A DNA stretch of 64,000 bases, from assembly GCA_038087875.1 (NCBI GenBank), contig CM075990.1, forward strand, positions 17,734,001 through 17,798,000, in the 5' to 3' direction. The notes under the pieces are model-generated. The model worked only from the letters and a program-made list of their open reading frames with translations, searched no databases and was not told where the DNA came from. This document shows, piece after piece, positions 1 to 13,290 of the stretch (its first letter is position 1; the number at the start of each line of letters is the position of its first letter). The DNA is from Malacoraja senta. Its lineage: Eukaryota. A program made the translations under genes and the position numbers.

Positions 1-1365
1 AGCAAAAGCCTGAAATTCAAGAGAGTCAGGGGGTTGGAAGTTAGTGGAGTGGCTATTACCAGGGAGAAGGTGCTTGGGATTGTGGAGGCATTAATAGTAA
101 TATTTAAAGAATCACTCGAGTCAGGAGTGGTCCCAGACGATTGGAAAATGGCCAATGTTACCCTGCTGCACAAGAAGGGAGTGAGGCAGAATAGTGGGAA
201 CTACAGGTCTGACTTTGGTGGTTGGTACGATTTTAGTCCATTATAAAGGATGAGGTTACGGAGTACTTAGAAGTTCACAATACAATATGCCGAAGTCAGT
301 GTAGCTTTGTGAAGGGGATGTCTTGCTTGACAAATTTGCTGGAATTCTTTGAAGAAGTAAATAGCAGGACAAAGGAGAGTCAGTAGATGTTGTTTACTTA
401 GATTTTCAAGAAAGCCTTTGATAAGGTGCCACGTTAGGCTGCTTAGGAAGATGAGAGCCCATGGTATCAAAGGGCAGATACTAGCCTGGATAGCAGGTTG
501 GCTCGATGGCAGAAGGCAAAGAGTGGCAATAAAGGGGCCTTTTTCTGGTTGGCTGCCAGTGACTAGCGGAGTTCCGCAGAGGTCAGTGCTGGGGCCACTA
601 CTCTTCACGTTGTATATTAATGATTTGGACGAGGGGATTGAAGGCTTTGTGGCCAAGTTTGCAGATGATCCAAAAATAGGTGGAGAGGCAGGTAGTGTAG
701 AGAAAACAGGGACTCTGCAGCAGGACTTGGACAGGTTGGGAGAGTGGGCAGAGAAGTGGCAGATGGAATATAGTGTGGCAAAGTGTGGAGTCATGCATTT
801 TGGTAGTAGGAATAAAGGTGTAGACTATCCAGAAATCGGAGGTGCAAAGGGACTTGGGAGCTGGTGCAGGATTCCCAAAAAGTTAATCTGCAAGTCGAAT
901 CGGTAGTAAAGAAGGCACACTCAATGCGAGCATTTATTTCAATAGGTTGATATACAAAATCAGGGCTGTAATGCTGAGGCTCTATAATGTGCTGGTAAGG
1001 CCACATTTGGAATATTGTGAGGAATTTTGGGCACCATAATCTGAGGAAGGATGTGCTGCCGCTGGAGAGGGTCCAGAGGAGGTTTACAAGAATGATCCCA
1101 GGAATGTGCAAGTTAACCTATGATGAGCGTTTGTCAGCACTGGGCCTGTACTCACTGGAGTTTAGAAAAATGAGGGGGGACCTCATTGAAACATACTTAA
1201 TAGTGAAATGCTTGGATAGAGTGGTGGAGAGGATGTTTCCACTAGTGGGAGAGTCGAGGATTAGAGGTCACAGCCTCAGAATTAAAGAACGTGCTTTTCG
1301 GAAGGAGATGAGGAGGAATTTCTTTAGTCAGAGGGTGGTGAAGCCGTGGAATTCTTTGCCACGGA
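1..1365 (+). mobile_element. CR1-clade LINE, decayed ORF2 (reverse transcriptase region) fragment
   Basis: Frameshifted pieces encode CR1 RT motifs: VPDDWKMANVT, VTSGVPQRSVLGPLLFTLYINDLD, KFADD, LERVQRRFTRMIPG, RGHSLRIK, RNFFSQRVV. Confidence 0.92.
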
Positions 1366-1562
1366 ACGCTGAGACAGACCAGGTCCTGTGTAATTACTGC
1401 TCGGGAGAGCAGGCAGCGCCCGGGGGAGTTCTCCCTCGCTGCTCCAGAGAACATACACGGAGAGAGCAAGGTTGTCACGGCAGCGCCGCGCAGTGCGTTT
1501 AAACAGAGTGAAACTCACCATAGCTCGTTGACAGCAGCCTAGCTTTGTCTGAGTCTGTCCCT

Positions 1563-1656
1563 CAGTCTGAAGAAGGGTCTCGACCCGAAACATCACCCAT
1601 TCCTTCTCTCCACAGACGCTGCCTGACCCGCTGAGTTACTCCAGCATTGTGTGTCT
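1563..1656 (+). mobile_element. Short PLE-terminal-repeat-derived element with hammerhead-like motif
   Basis: CTGAAGAAGGGTCTCGACCCGAAACATC at 1567-1594, then acccattccttctctcc...ctgagttactccagca. The same unit ends the Penelope copy at 29845-29935. Confidence 0.8.
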
Positions 1657-1941
1657 GTCTTCAGCGTGGCGCAGCCTCCCTGGAGCACAGCAGGGTCCTA
1701 GCGCCCGCCCTTCACCCCTGCCCCACTTTACCTTGCAAAAAAAACAGACGCAAAATAAAACATACATAAATCCACACGCAAAATGCAGTGGCAACATTCA
1801 CTGTAAAAAGTTCTCAAACTATTACTTTCGGGTTTGCGGGGTTAATCGAGCAGCAGGACTGGAGGCGGCAGCAGCAGCAGTGTCGGCGCTGGCCTGCAGA
1901 GGGCAGCCTCTCCCCGCTTGCTGAAAAACTCAACAAATGCA

Positions 1942-2177
1942 TACCCACACACCAGAGGTCACACACACCCACACACCAGGGGTCACACACACCCAGACAC
2001 CAGAGGTCACACCCACCCACACACCAGGGGTCACACCCACCCACACACCAGGGGTCACACACACCCACACACCAGAGGTCACCCACACCCACACACCAGG
2101 GGTCACACCCACCCACACACCAGGGGTCACACACACCCACACACCAGGGGTCACACACACCCACACATCAGGGGTCA
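1942..2177. repeat. 21-bp minisatellite (ACCCACACACCAGGGGTCACAC-like), about 11 units
   Basis: Direct tandem periodicity; gives HTPTHQGS-type low-complexity ORFs in several frames. Confidence 0.9.
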
Positions 2178-2390
2178 TTTTCACACACAGGGTTGTGGGT
2201 GTATGGGACGAGTTGCCAGAGGAGGTATTTGCGACAGCTACAGTATTTAAAAGACATTTGGACAGGTACATGGATAGGAAAGGTTCAGTGGGGCCAAAGG
2301 TGGATAAATGGGGGCTCAGATAGACATTTTGGTCGTCTTGGATGAGTTAGACCAAAGGGCCTGTTTCTGTGCTATAAGACTCTGTGACTC
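2170..2390 (+). mobile_element. CR1 LINE 3' end fragment
   Basis: FTHRVVGVWDELPEEV...FKRHLDRYMD, then ccaaagggcctgtttctgtgct and a gactct tail. Confidence 0.8.
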
Positions 2391-2974
2391 CACCTGTAAG
2401 GCACCAGAATACAGAATCAGTTATTCTGCTGAACAGTGTAGAAAGTTATGGATTTGGCCACACAAGATGATGCATTCTTGACTGGAACGTCCACAGGCAT
2501 GCAAGCATCTATCTATCTATCTATCTCTCCCTCTCCCTCTCCCACATGTAAGGCAGACCCAGTAGATAGATATGGGCCGGGCTCGGTGGAGTGCGGGTAA
2601 CTGTGCAAGAATCTTCATATTCTATTCTCCAGGCCTGGGCATGTCTGGCATTGCCAGCGGTTATCACCCTTGCCCTTGAGATCTGGGCTGTGAGTCTCCT
2701 TCCTGCACCACATGTAGTTGTGGTGATGATGCTCCCTTGGTGCTCCTGTTGGCTTCCTGACTCCGATACTCATTGCCTCGCCCAATGAAGGCAAGCAAAC
2801 CCTCTGCCTGTGAACCACTCTATCTAATTGTGTTGTCACTCTCAGCGAGCTGTGCACTTGGACCACAAGACCTGCACGTCAATGCTGTTACTGATCTTGC
2901 CATTAACTATAAACTTTTCCCTTACATTGCACCTCCCAAAGTGCAACACCTCACGCTTGCTCAGATTAAACCTC

Positions 2975-3100
2975 ATCTGGATGGAGTTGAGGGAGGAAGT
3001 ATGAGGACAGGTGTTGCATCTCCTGCGGTTGCAGGGGAAGTATCGAGGGAGGGAGTGGTCTGGGTTTCAGGAGAAGGATTGTTGCAGAGGGATTTGCAAG
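2975..3100 (-). mobile_element. Degenerate Penelope-like element fragment
   Basis: gatggagttgagggagg...gttgcatctcctgcggttgcaggggaagt resembles 21034-21100 and 52540-52610. Confidence 0.5.
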
Positions 3101-3552
3101 CAGAGAGTTTGGCCGATAAACAAATGGCTGGAAATATAACTCCAGTAAAACTTTGTGGTGAAAATTATTATTTGTATTCAAGAACTGTTTTAAGTACTCA
3201 TAAAAGATAATTGAAAGCACAGCGGTGTAACTGATCATTATCATAGGAATGTTCTGGTAGAGGAGCTTGGTTCAGACTTCAGCAGGCTTTACTGTTTAAT
3301 GGGCAGCAGCATTATTTATTCACTGTGGAATCAGCACCAACTTTCACCCGAGATAAAAGCCTGTTTCATCTGCACAAGCTCCATCTGCTTCTTACATCAT
3401 CATTTACACTTTATAATACTTTATATGTATTACTCCATTTGGTCAGTAGCTGAGAGTAGATTGACCAATCTAACACCCACAACTATCAGACTTTGCAAAC
3501 ACTTTTATTTCCTTCAAGCCCCAATGAGAATTAGAGTTAGATATGGCTCTTA

Positions 3553-3694
3553 AAGATAGCGGAGTCAGGGGATATGGGGAGAAGGCAGGAACGGGGTACT
3601 GATTGTGGATGATCAGCCATGAACACATTGAATGGCGGTGCTGGCTCGATGGGCCGAATGACCTACTCCTGCACCTATTGTCTATTGTCTATTG
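3553..3694 (+). mobile_element. CR1 LINE 3' terminus with (ATTGTCT)n tail
   Basis: gatatggggagaaggcagg...gatgatcagccatga...gggccgaatgacctactcctgcacc, matching the end of the CR1 at 61840-61957. Confidence 0.85.
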
Positions 3695-4329
3695 AAACTG
3701 GGAATAGATAAGGGTGAATCACATCCCTGAATTACAGAAGCCAATTAACCCACAAGCCTGCACATTCTCTGTTGGTGTGGCACTATAGTGTGCATTGTCT
3801 TTTTCCCTTTGTACTTACTACTCGTTGATGGGACTCATGCTTTGATGTTCCTGGATAAAACATTATAGAAGGTGTTCACTGTATCTGATCACGGGTAGAT
3901 AATAAACCATATAACAGTCAGCACAGAGCTGAGAGTGAACTTCCCCCATAGTTACAGATTGCTAACACAGATACGCATATTCCATATTCCCGGGTCGAGA
4001 GAGCCCATTCCGTGATATTAAATATTCAACTTCCAACAGCATTATGCAACCATAATTACCTCACTGAATCACAGAGCGGAACCATAAATTAATGTAAATA
4101 TGCAACCACGCTTACTGTGCTGTCTGATCTGAGCTGCTCTTTGAATCACAATATGGTTTGTTATTTAACAACAGGAAGAAACTGTGCAACACTTTGTCAG
4201 AGAAGCCCCAGGGAGACTGCACAGAAAATGCTGCAGTACACTGCAGGTTTACCTTCAGGATGTATCTTCAGAGTTTGTATCTCCTGCCACATGGATCCAA
4301 CACAGGCTTCCCAGTGCATTCTGAAGAGG

Positions 4330-4416
4330 TCTGAAGAAGGGTCTCAACCCGAAATGTCACCCTTTCCTTCTCTCCAGGGATGCTGCCTGTCCTGAGTTAT
4401 TCCAGCATTTTGTGTC
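4330..4416 (+). mobile_element. Short PLE-terminal-repeat-derived element (hammerhead-like)
   Basis: ctgaagaagggtctcaacccgaaatgtcacc...gatgctgcctg...tccagcattttgtgtc. Confidence 0.75.
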
Positions 4417-4689
4417 AATATTGCCAGTTCATTGTTCTTTCGGGGACATATGACAATAAAACACTCTTGACTCTTGACAAACCGATCCCCAGCGCTTGGT
4501 CCTGTGTCACCGACACTGCAGTGACCTGATCTGTCTGCACATTATCCGTCCACACTGCAGAGCTCCTGCCTCCACAACCAGCAGCAGACTGACCAGATCA
4601 CCTCAGCCTCCTGAACCAACAGCCTTGCACACATCTTCAATGCTTTCTCAACCTAGAATCGTGCACATTCGGAGAGGTCATGCAGAACT

Positions 4690-5130
4690 TTGTTAAACAA
4701 GGATGCTGCCAGGACTCGAGAGCCTGAGCTATAGGGACTTAAGCAGGCTAGGACTCCATTCCTTGGAGCACAAGAGGATGAGGAGAGATCTTATAGAGAT
4801 GTACAGGATCATCAGAGGCATAGTTAGGGTAATTGCACAGAGTTTCTTGCCCAGAGTAGGGGAATCGAGAACCAGAGGACATAGGTGTAAGGTAAGGGTA
4901 GAAATATTTAATAGGAACCTGAGGGACAATTTTTTTAATACAGAGGTTGGTGGGTGTATGGAACGAGCTGCCAGAGGAAAGATTGAGGCAGGGACTACCT
5001 CAACGTTGAAGAAACATTTGGACAGGTACATGGATAGGACAGGTTTAGAGGGATATGGGCCAAACACAGGCAGGTGGGGCTAGTGTATATGGTGCACCTT
5101 AGTCGGGATAAACAAGTTGGGCCACACTGT
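4690..5130 (+). mobile_element. CR1 LINE 3' fragment
   Basis: ORF 4703-5083: MLPGLESLSYR...LGLHSLE..RMRRDLIE...SRTRGH...KKHLDRYMD. Confidence 0.88.
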
Positions 5131-6235
5131 ATGACGATGATTCCTTGACCACTGCTGAATTTGGCAACGTCCTGGGTGAAAGGGAATTGTCACTAGTATC
5201 AGCTTTGTTCTGCTCGACACCTGTGTGAACTGCGGATTCACACTGACTGCAGCAACATACGTGTGGCGGTCACTGGGACTACTTGCTACCAAGCTGACAG
5301 GCCAGTGTCAACAAGCCACAGTCACTCTACAGACCAGTGGCTGCAAGCTGCCCTCACCCTGCCTCTTTAGCAGCAAATTCTGAAGCAAATCCAAAACAAC
5401 ATCCTGTTAGTGTGAAGCTTTCTCTCACCCACCGCACAGAGAGAAGCCATACCAACATCCATGCCCAACATGTACGTGAACCTGCCGACCGTTGTCTGTG
5501 AGACGTTGTCGACAGCACAGCACTGAATCGAGCAGCAAACAGCAACCCTGGGAGGAGGGGTCTACCTGAGCCCTGGCCCGGGTTAGACCTGGTTCAGGAA
5601 CAGTGTGTGAACTTCAGTGCAGACAAACAGGGAGAGGTTCAGCTCATATACACTTCTGAAGTCTTCAACATCTCTCGGTTTTCTTTTGCCTGGTTTCACA
5701 TTATTAATGCTGTTTAATAGTCTGATTAACTTTTCACTCCTTTTGGACACAACCATTGAATCATTTCCATCGTCTCAGTGATGCCAGAATGTTCTGTGAG
5801 CATCGCTGTCCACAAAATGTTTCATTAACTTTCTACTGAAATTCTGAAATTCAGCAGAACTGTTCTCTAACTCTGTCTGTGCAAGACATAAAAGGCAGTA
5901 GCTCAGTAATGAAAGTGATGTATGGCACTTTCTCACACAACGAGGGAACCATAAACACTAAGAGAGTCATGCATCCTCACTCCTGCAGCGTTGGAGCGTG
6001 ACAAAGGTAGGCCATGCAATTGCAAGCTAGTTGGTTTATGGTTTTTTTGATCGGGAATTGATGTGCGAGGAGGTTGGAGAATCATTATTCTGTCAGCGCT
6101 GAAGCAAACATTGTCTCTCACACCTCACTCCCATCCATCAGTCTCTGCTGTTGGTACCTCTAGTGCTCGGTGCCAACCGCCCCATCCCTTCCACTGCCTG
6201 TAACATTAACGAGCACGGAACAGAGCTTGTGAACC

Positions 6236-7370
6236 GCACCAACACCAGGACCAACATCGACACCAGGACCAACATCGACACCAGGACCAACACCAACAAC
6301 AGGACCAACACCAACACCAGGACCAACACCAACACCAGGACCAACACCAACACCAACATCAACACAAAGACCAACACCAATACCAGGACCAACACCAACA
6401 CCAACACCAACACCAACACCAGGACCAACACCAGGGCCAACACCAGGACCAACACCAACACCAACACCAACACCAGGACCAACACCAGGACCAACACCAA
6501 CACCAGGACCAACACCAACACCAGGGCCAACACCAACACCAACGCCAACACCAGGGCCAACACCAGGACCAACACCAGGACCAACACCAACACCAGGACC
6601 AACGCCAACACCAACACCAGGACCAACACCAACACCAGGACCAACACCAACACCAACACCAGGACCAACACCAACACCAGGACCAACACCAACACCAGGA
6701 CCAACACCAACACCAACACCAACATCAACACCAACACCAGGACCAACACCAACACCAACACCAACACCAGGACCAACACCAACACCAACATCAGGACCAA
6801 CACCAGGACCAACACCAACACCAACACCAACACCAGGACCAACACCAACACCAGGACCAACACCAACACCAACACCAGGACCAACACCAACACCAACACC
6901 AACATCAACACCAACACCAGGACCAACACCAGGACCAACACCAACACCAGGACCAACACCAACACCAACACCAGGACCAACACCAACACCAGGACCAACA
7001 CCAACACCAAGACCAGGACCAACACCAGGACTAACACCAACACCAGGACCAACACCAACACCAGGACCAACACCAGGACCAACACCAACACCAACACCAA
7101 CACCAGGACCAACACCAACATCAACACCAACACCAACACCAGGACCAACACCAACACCAGGACCAACATCAACACCAACACCAACACCAGGACCAACACC
7201 AACACCAACACCAGGACCAACACCAACTCCAACACCACCACCAGCACGAGGACCAACACCAACACCAACACCAACACCAGGACCAACACCAACACCAACA
7301 CAAGGACCAACACCAACACCAACACCAACACCAACACCAACACCAGCACGAGGACCAACACCAACACCAT
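6236..7370. repeat. Hexamer-based simple repeat array (ACCAAC/ACCAGG), about 1.1 kb
   Basis: Continuous in-phase ACCAAC and ACCAGG units; gives (TN/TR)n, (VL)n and (GVGP)n pseudo-ORFs. Confidence 0.95.
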
Positions 7371-8739
7371 GACCACCCTGTCCACTGCCCCTGCTACCCA
7401 AACCATTACAGCCTTAGTCATCACACAAACTCCAGCAATGCCCCTTGGCTCCCAACTCCTTCACTGATCTGCCTCTCGGTCTCCTAAACCCAAAGCAACA
7501 TTTCAGTCCCATTTCTCTCCCCTGCTCAAGAGCACCAGCTCCATTCTCCCAACCTCTGCACCTTTGTACTGGTGAGGTGAACAGAACCAACCGAGTGTTA
7601 GTGTGAGTGCAGCAGCACACTATTACCCACAGCTACATCACTGCCATCTCCCCATACAGGTAGTCAATACATTCTCCATCTGTAACATGGTTTATTCCAG
7701 AAAGCCGATTGCCCGAGGGTACAAGAAAACCACTTCAGGAACAGCTTCTTCGATCATCAGGCTTCTATTCACCTCTACCCCAGTGAGGACATTGGACATT
7801 GTCTATGGGACCGGTGTGCTACAATGCTGAGGTGTGTGTATTCTGCACTCGGTATCTGTCCCGTTCATCTACCTATTGTACTTGATTATATTTATTTATG
7901 GCGTATCTGACCTGATTGGATAGCATGCAAATCAAAGCTTCTCATTGTACCTCAGTCCATGTGACAATAAAGAACCGAAACCCAAACTTAAAATGAAATT
8001 TAGAATCTTAAACTTCCCAAGGTGTCCCCTAAGTAACTTCGATCACACGATATTCATAACAACTCAAACCTGCACCAATTCTTAATTCAGAGCATGCAAT
8101 TCAAATGATCTAATAATTCCAGATTTTAACACAAAGCGCTGCTTTTTCTATATTTATAATCTGTGCACATTTCTTCAGTTACAAATAGCTTTGTACTGGC
8201 AGGTTCAGACTGTACTTGACAATCCACTCTGAGCCTGTATCATCAGACGGGCCAGAAACCAACATGGTCCTCAATCAAGTGTAAACACGTGCACATTTAG
8301 CACTTCCTGGAGATTCTGCTGAAGACAGGAGATTTGAGATACAACCCACGCCACACTCAAAACTAGGGTAAGATTGATAATGAGATGTCTTCTCCAGTCT
8401 GGGGCTCCTCACCAATGATCAGATATGGGCCATGGTTAGTGGCAGTCATGAATTTCCTTCCATGTCTATCTGTTAAACCTTTGGACAGCTCATGGGTCCA
8501 CAAAACAAAGCAGGTAGGAAGTCAGCAACACAGTGCAGTGCACAGTTCGAGGCAGCACGGGAGTAAGTCATCAGACAGTGGAGGATGTGCATTGCAATGA
8601 AGTGCGACGTGTAAACTGAAACTGTTAACAGGTCATCGATTGAGCAAAGTATATCTGATTTCTAAAGATCACTGCTCCAGTGTTAAAGGTTTTTTAAACA
8701 AACTCTGGGGATTTATAAAGACGTCATTAAACAGATATT

Positions 8740-9345
8740 TGCATCTTCTTTAGCCACAGGCAAGGTCCCACAAGACTGGATAGTAGCAAATGGTCTTCCT
8801 TTGTTTAAGAACGGAACTGGAGAGAATCCAGGGAACTATAGGCCAATGAGCCTCACGTCAGTGGCAAGAAAACTATTGGAGGAGACCGGATTTATTCCCA
8901 TTTGGAGGATAATGTGTAAATTAGGGGTAGCCAGCATGGCTTTGTACACGACAGGTCGTGTCTTATTAACAATCACATTTTTGAGGAGGTAACAAATGTG
9001 ATCAATGAGGGTGAGGTGGTGGATGTTGTCTACATGGATGTTGGTAAAGCATTTGATAAAGTCTCCCATGGTAGGCTGATCCAGAAGATTAAGATGCACG
9101 GGACTTGTGGATTCATAAACGGATTACTGCTAGGACAGAGGGTTGTGGTGGAAGGACAATATTCAGGCTGGTGGTCTGTGAGCAGTGGAGTTCTGCAGGG
9201 ATCCACTGCTGTTTGTGATAGATATAAATGACTTGGGCATAAATGGGTTGGGTAGTAAGTTTTCAGATGACATCATGATTGCTGGAGTTGTGAACTGTGA
9301 AGAAGGCTGTCAAGTTATTTAATGGGATAAAGATCAGCTATAGAT
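8740..9345 (+). mobile_element. Decayed CR1 RT fragment
   Basis: NPGNYRPMSLTSV; VDVVYMDVGKAFDKVSHGRLIQK; SGVLQGS. Confidence 0.85.
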
Positions 9346-10549
9346 CAACACCGCCCAGTATAGCAATGAACAGGGATGGTAAGATGCTGCCGATAGATTG
9401 CCACAGTGTCAGCTGTGTCGAAATGACAGTTACAGGTTTCCTGGTTCCAACGCTAAAGAAACAAATAAAACATTGAGCAACAAGAAATATGTTTTAAAAT
9501 ATTCAGCAAAAGATCCCAGAGCATGTTGGGCTTAATTTTAAATGGTCAGCGTGGGGTAAATGTTATTTGGATTAATTCCGATAAATGTGAATCACCTCCA
9601 GTGAGGGTTCAGTGAGTATGCAGTGTTTTTATCCCATGCGGTTTGCTAAATATCCTGATTTATTTTTGTTCTCGGTGACCTTGGCAAGTCGGAGTGAGCT
9701 ACATCCAACGTAACTCCCTGACGATCCCATTGTGCGTGTGTACAGCAGCACCCACTATCAAGGGCATCCTCTGCTCAGAGCATTCACAGTGTAAATCAAA
9801 CTATTCTAATTCACACTTTACCTTCACATATATTTGTGAAAACATTTTTTAAAGAAAGAAGTCTTTGCTGAGATGATATCATTAATTTTGATGCATTTGA
9901 AAAATTGACATCAATGTTCAGCTGACGTCACTGGGGGTGGATGTTATGGGAGTTTGTTTGCAGCAGAATACTAATGTGTTTGAAGAAACAAAACCTGCAG
10001 ATCTAGCAAAGAAATATTCCCTCCACACTGTGGGTGATGTTGCTTTCTGCCCAAGTGCCCTGCTGATCCACACCTCAGCACGCACTGAAACATTACTCTT
10101 TTGACAAAATGGCTCTAAACTTAAAAGGTGGAAAATAATAATTGCAAAAGCTCATTCAGTGAAGATTATTCCCCTCAGACTGATATCCTGAACATACTGG
10201 TAAAGCTGGTTCTAAAATAATGATAGTTATATTGCGCAGAATTAATTAATTAATCAGCAATGTTTCAGCTGGCCTGCTCTAGTTTCACACGAGCGCCGCA
10301 GATTACGGACAAACCACTGTTCAAGGTGTTTGTGGCCCAACTACTACACACTGGGTGGTGGAGACTGCAGTGAAATATCAGCCTCTTTGTCATCCCTGTC
10401 CGTTCCAGTATCACCGCAGGCGTGGACTGGCCTTCCTTGCTGTGTGTAAATGTGCACATGGCTGAAGGGGGCAGGTGTTCACCGTAATCACCATTCTAGT
10501 GAGCCGCCTTCCTTCCACGGTGGCGTAGAGTGACACGACTGGCCAACCC

Positions 10550-10790
10550 CTCCCCCCACTTCTCCATCACCAACCCCTCCCTCCACCACCCTCTCCCCCC
10601 ACCCTCTCCATCACCACCCCTCCCCCCCACCCTCACCCCCCTCCCCCACCCTCTCCATCACCACCCTCTCCCCCCACCACCCCTCCCCCACCCTCTCCAC
10701 CCACCACCCCTTCCCCCACCACCCCTCCCCCACCCTCTCCCCCCACCACCCCTCCCTCCACCATCATCTCCCCCCCCCACCCGTTCCAGG
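10550..10790. repeat. C-rich low-complexity tract
   Basis: Repeated ccccccaccctctcc-like units. Confidence 0.8.
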
Positions 10791-11302
10791 CACCCACCAC
10801 TCTCTGTGTAATAAATGTTAAAGCTATGCCCTCTTGTCTTTGACATTTCCACCCGAGGAATAATGCTCTGCCCACTCTCTATATGCCTCTCATGTGTACA
10901 TCTTTGCGACATGATTTTTGGTGCAGTATCCACCTGTGTTTGCCAGCAGTACAGCACTGGTGTCGGTGAGGGGAAGAGAGGGAGGGGGGCGGTGGAAGGA
11001 GAGGGTGGGGGACCGGGGGGGGGGGGGGGCAGAGAGGTGGCCAGTCCTGTCTGGGAGGAGAGAGATCTTTGAACACAATGCCGTGACCTTCACGGTTACT
11101 GCATTATTCAGTTTCAATTGGACTACGTGGACAGGTAACAGGGTCGACTAGTGCAGATAAGACAACTAATTCAGTTATCTAACCTTAGGAATGAACTGCA
11201 AATAAACTTAACGTTTTAAAACTGATATTACATCTCCTTTTACATGAGATAAAAGTGGATCAATGTAGTGAATGTTAGTACAAGTGGATGTGAGCAGAAT
11301 CT

Positions 11303-11777
11303 CACACACACACACACACACACACACACCAGAACATTCACACACACAGACTTACACTCAGACTCACACACACCCACACACAGATACTAAGACACACACT
11401 CACACACACTCACATATACACACACTTCACACACACACACATACACTCACACACATATACTCACACATACACTCATACACTCACACACACACTCACACAC
11501 GCACTCTCACACACGCACACGCACACGCATACACACACACACATGCACTTGCACACGTACACTTACACACACACACATACACTCTCACACACGCACACTC
11601 ACACACACACATTCACACACACATTCACACATACATTCACACACACACTCACACACACACACTCACACATACACACTCACACACACACACTCACACACAC
11701 ACTCACACACACACACTCACACACACACTCACACATACACTCTTACACACACACATACACTCACACACTCACACACA
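11303..11777. repeat. Imperfect (CA)n microsatellite tract
   Basis: Directly visible. Confidence 0.9.
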
Positions 11778-12049
11778 AGCTGGACTTGCTTTCACTGCAG
11801 ACCCATGAAACATTTGATTGGGGCTGTCATTGTGTAAAACAGACCAGAAGTAGTTAAATTCTTGAAAATTGATTTTTGTTTTTAAATCTGAATGTCCACT
11901 AGGTTATTATCAATTTTTCTCATTTCATTTTATTTATTACACTCATAAAACTAAATAAAATCAGAGAAACTGGAGCAATAAAACTGTGAAAATGATACAT
12001 TTATTTATGGGAACTGCATCGATTACCGGGGCAGGGGCATTTATAAATG

Positions 12050-12495
12050 GGGAGGGGGGGAGGTAGTGAAGGGGAGATGGTCCAAGCAAAAAGAGAGAGT
12101 AGGTGAGTGAGTGGGGGAGGGAGAGAGAGAAGACGGGATGTGAGTGTGGATAGGAAGATAGTGGAAGTGTGAGGTGGAGAGAGAGAATGGGAGATAGTGA
12201 GATTAAGAGAGAGAGAGAGAGTGGGGATGGAGAGAGAGAGAGAGATAGGGGGGACAGAGAGGGGGAGAGAGAGAGGACGGAGAGGGAGGGGACAGAGAGT
12301 GGACAGAGAGAAAAGATGGAGGGAGAGAGAAAAAGAGAGGGGTGGAGAGAGAGAGAGTGGGGGAGTAGGGATGAGAATAGGAGGGTGTGGGGAGGGGGAG
12401 AATGGAGAGATGTGCGAGAGGGGAGTGGGAGGGAGGGAGGTGGGAGATTGTCTGGGTGGTGTGGGTGGGGTGGGGGGAGTGTGGATTGAGAGAGG
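12050..12495. repeat. GA/G-rich polypurine low-complexity tract
   Basis: Directly visible. Confidence 0.8.
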
Positions 12496-13019
12496 TGGGT
12501 CTGTGCTGAGACTCCAGCCCGCTACCCCGCACCCGCTGCGGATCCGCAGTCCCTCTGCAGTGAATCAACAGTTGGTGCAATGCTCCAGGATTCTCTCCAA
12601 TCCCACCCCCGCTGCCGGGTCATTAACTCCTGGTGTCCCGGCGGCCGCTCACCTGCAATGTGGGCTCGGGAGCCGGACCCGGGGGGAGGGACATGAAGAC
12701 GGGGAGATCAGGGTGCAAAGTAACGGCGTGGAATCAGCCCGTGCCTGAGAGCCGCTCCAGATGCCCCGGCCGGCGGTGCATCCACTGATAGAATCAACGA
12801 TGTGAACGGCACCATCGCCTGTTGCCTTCATGGAGTTGAACCCCGCACAGCCTGATCTGCTGCAAAGATCGCTCTATGATCTGTGGTCTACAGAATGTCC
12901 CTGTAGCTGGAGGGTTCAAATACCGCGAGTCTGCACTGGGTCATCTAGATTTGCGATGAAGTGTCTGCATAAAGACCTGCATTTATCATCTCAGGACCCC
13001 CCCCCCTCCCCCCCCCCCC

Positions 13020-13056
13020 CACACACACCTTACATCAACACACATACACACACACA

Positions 13057-13095
<39 letters not shown>

Positions 13096-13290
13096 TGCAC
13101 ACACACACACACACACTGTGCACACACACCATACATGAGCACATACACACACTCACACACACTGTGCACACACACTATACACACACAGACTGTGCACACA
13201 CACCATACATGAACACATACACACACACTGCGCGCACACACACACACACACACACTATACACACGCATACTCACACACACTATACACACT
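13020..13290. repeat. Imperfect (CA)n tract
   Basis: Directly visible. Confidence 0.85.

Noticed and set aside
6138..7467. ORFs over 400 aa, (VL)n, (TN)n and (GVGP)n
   Set aside because: Translations of a hexamer simple repeat, with no splice or domain support.
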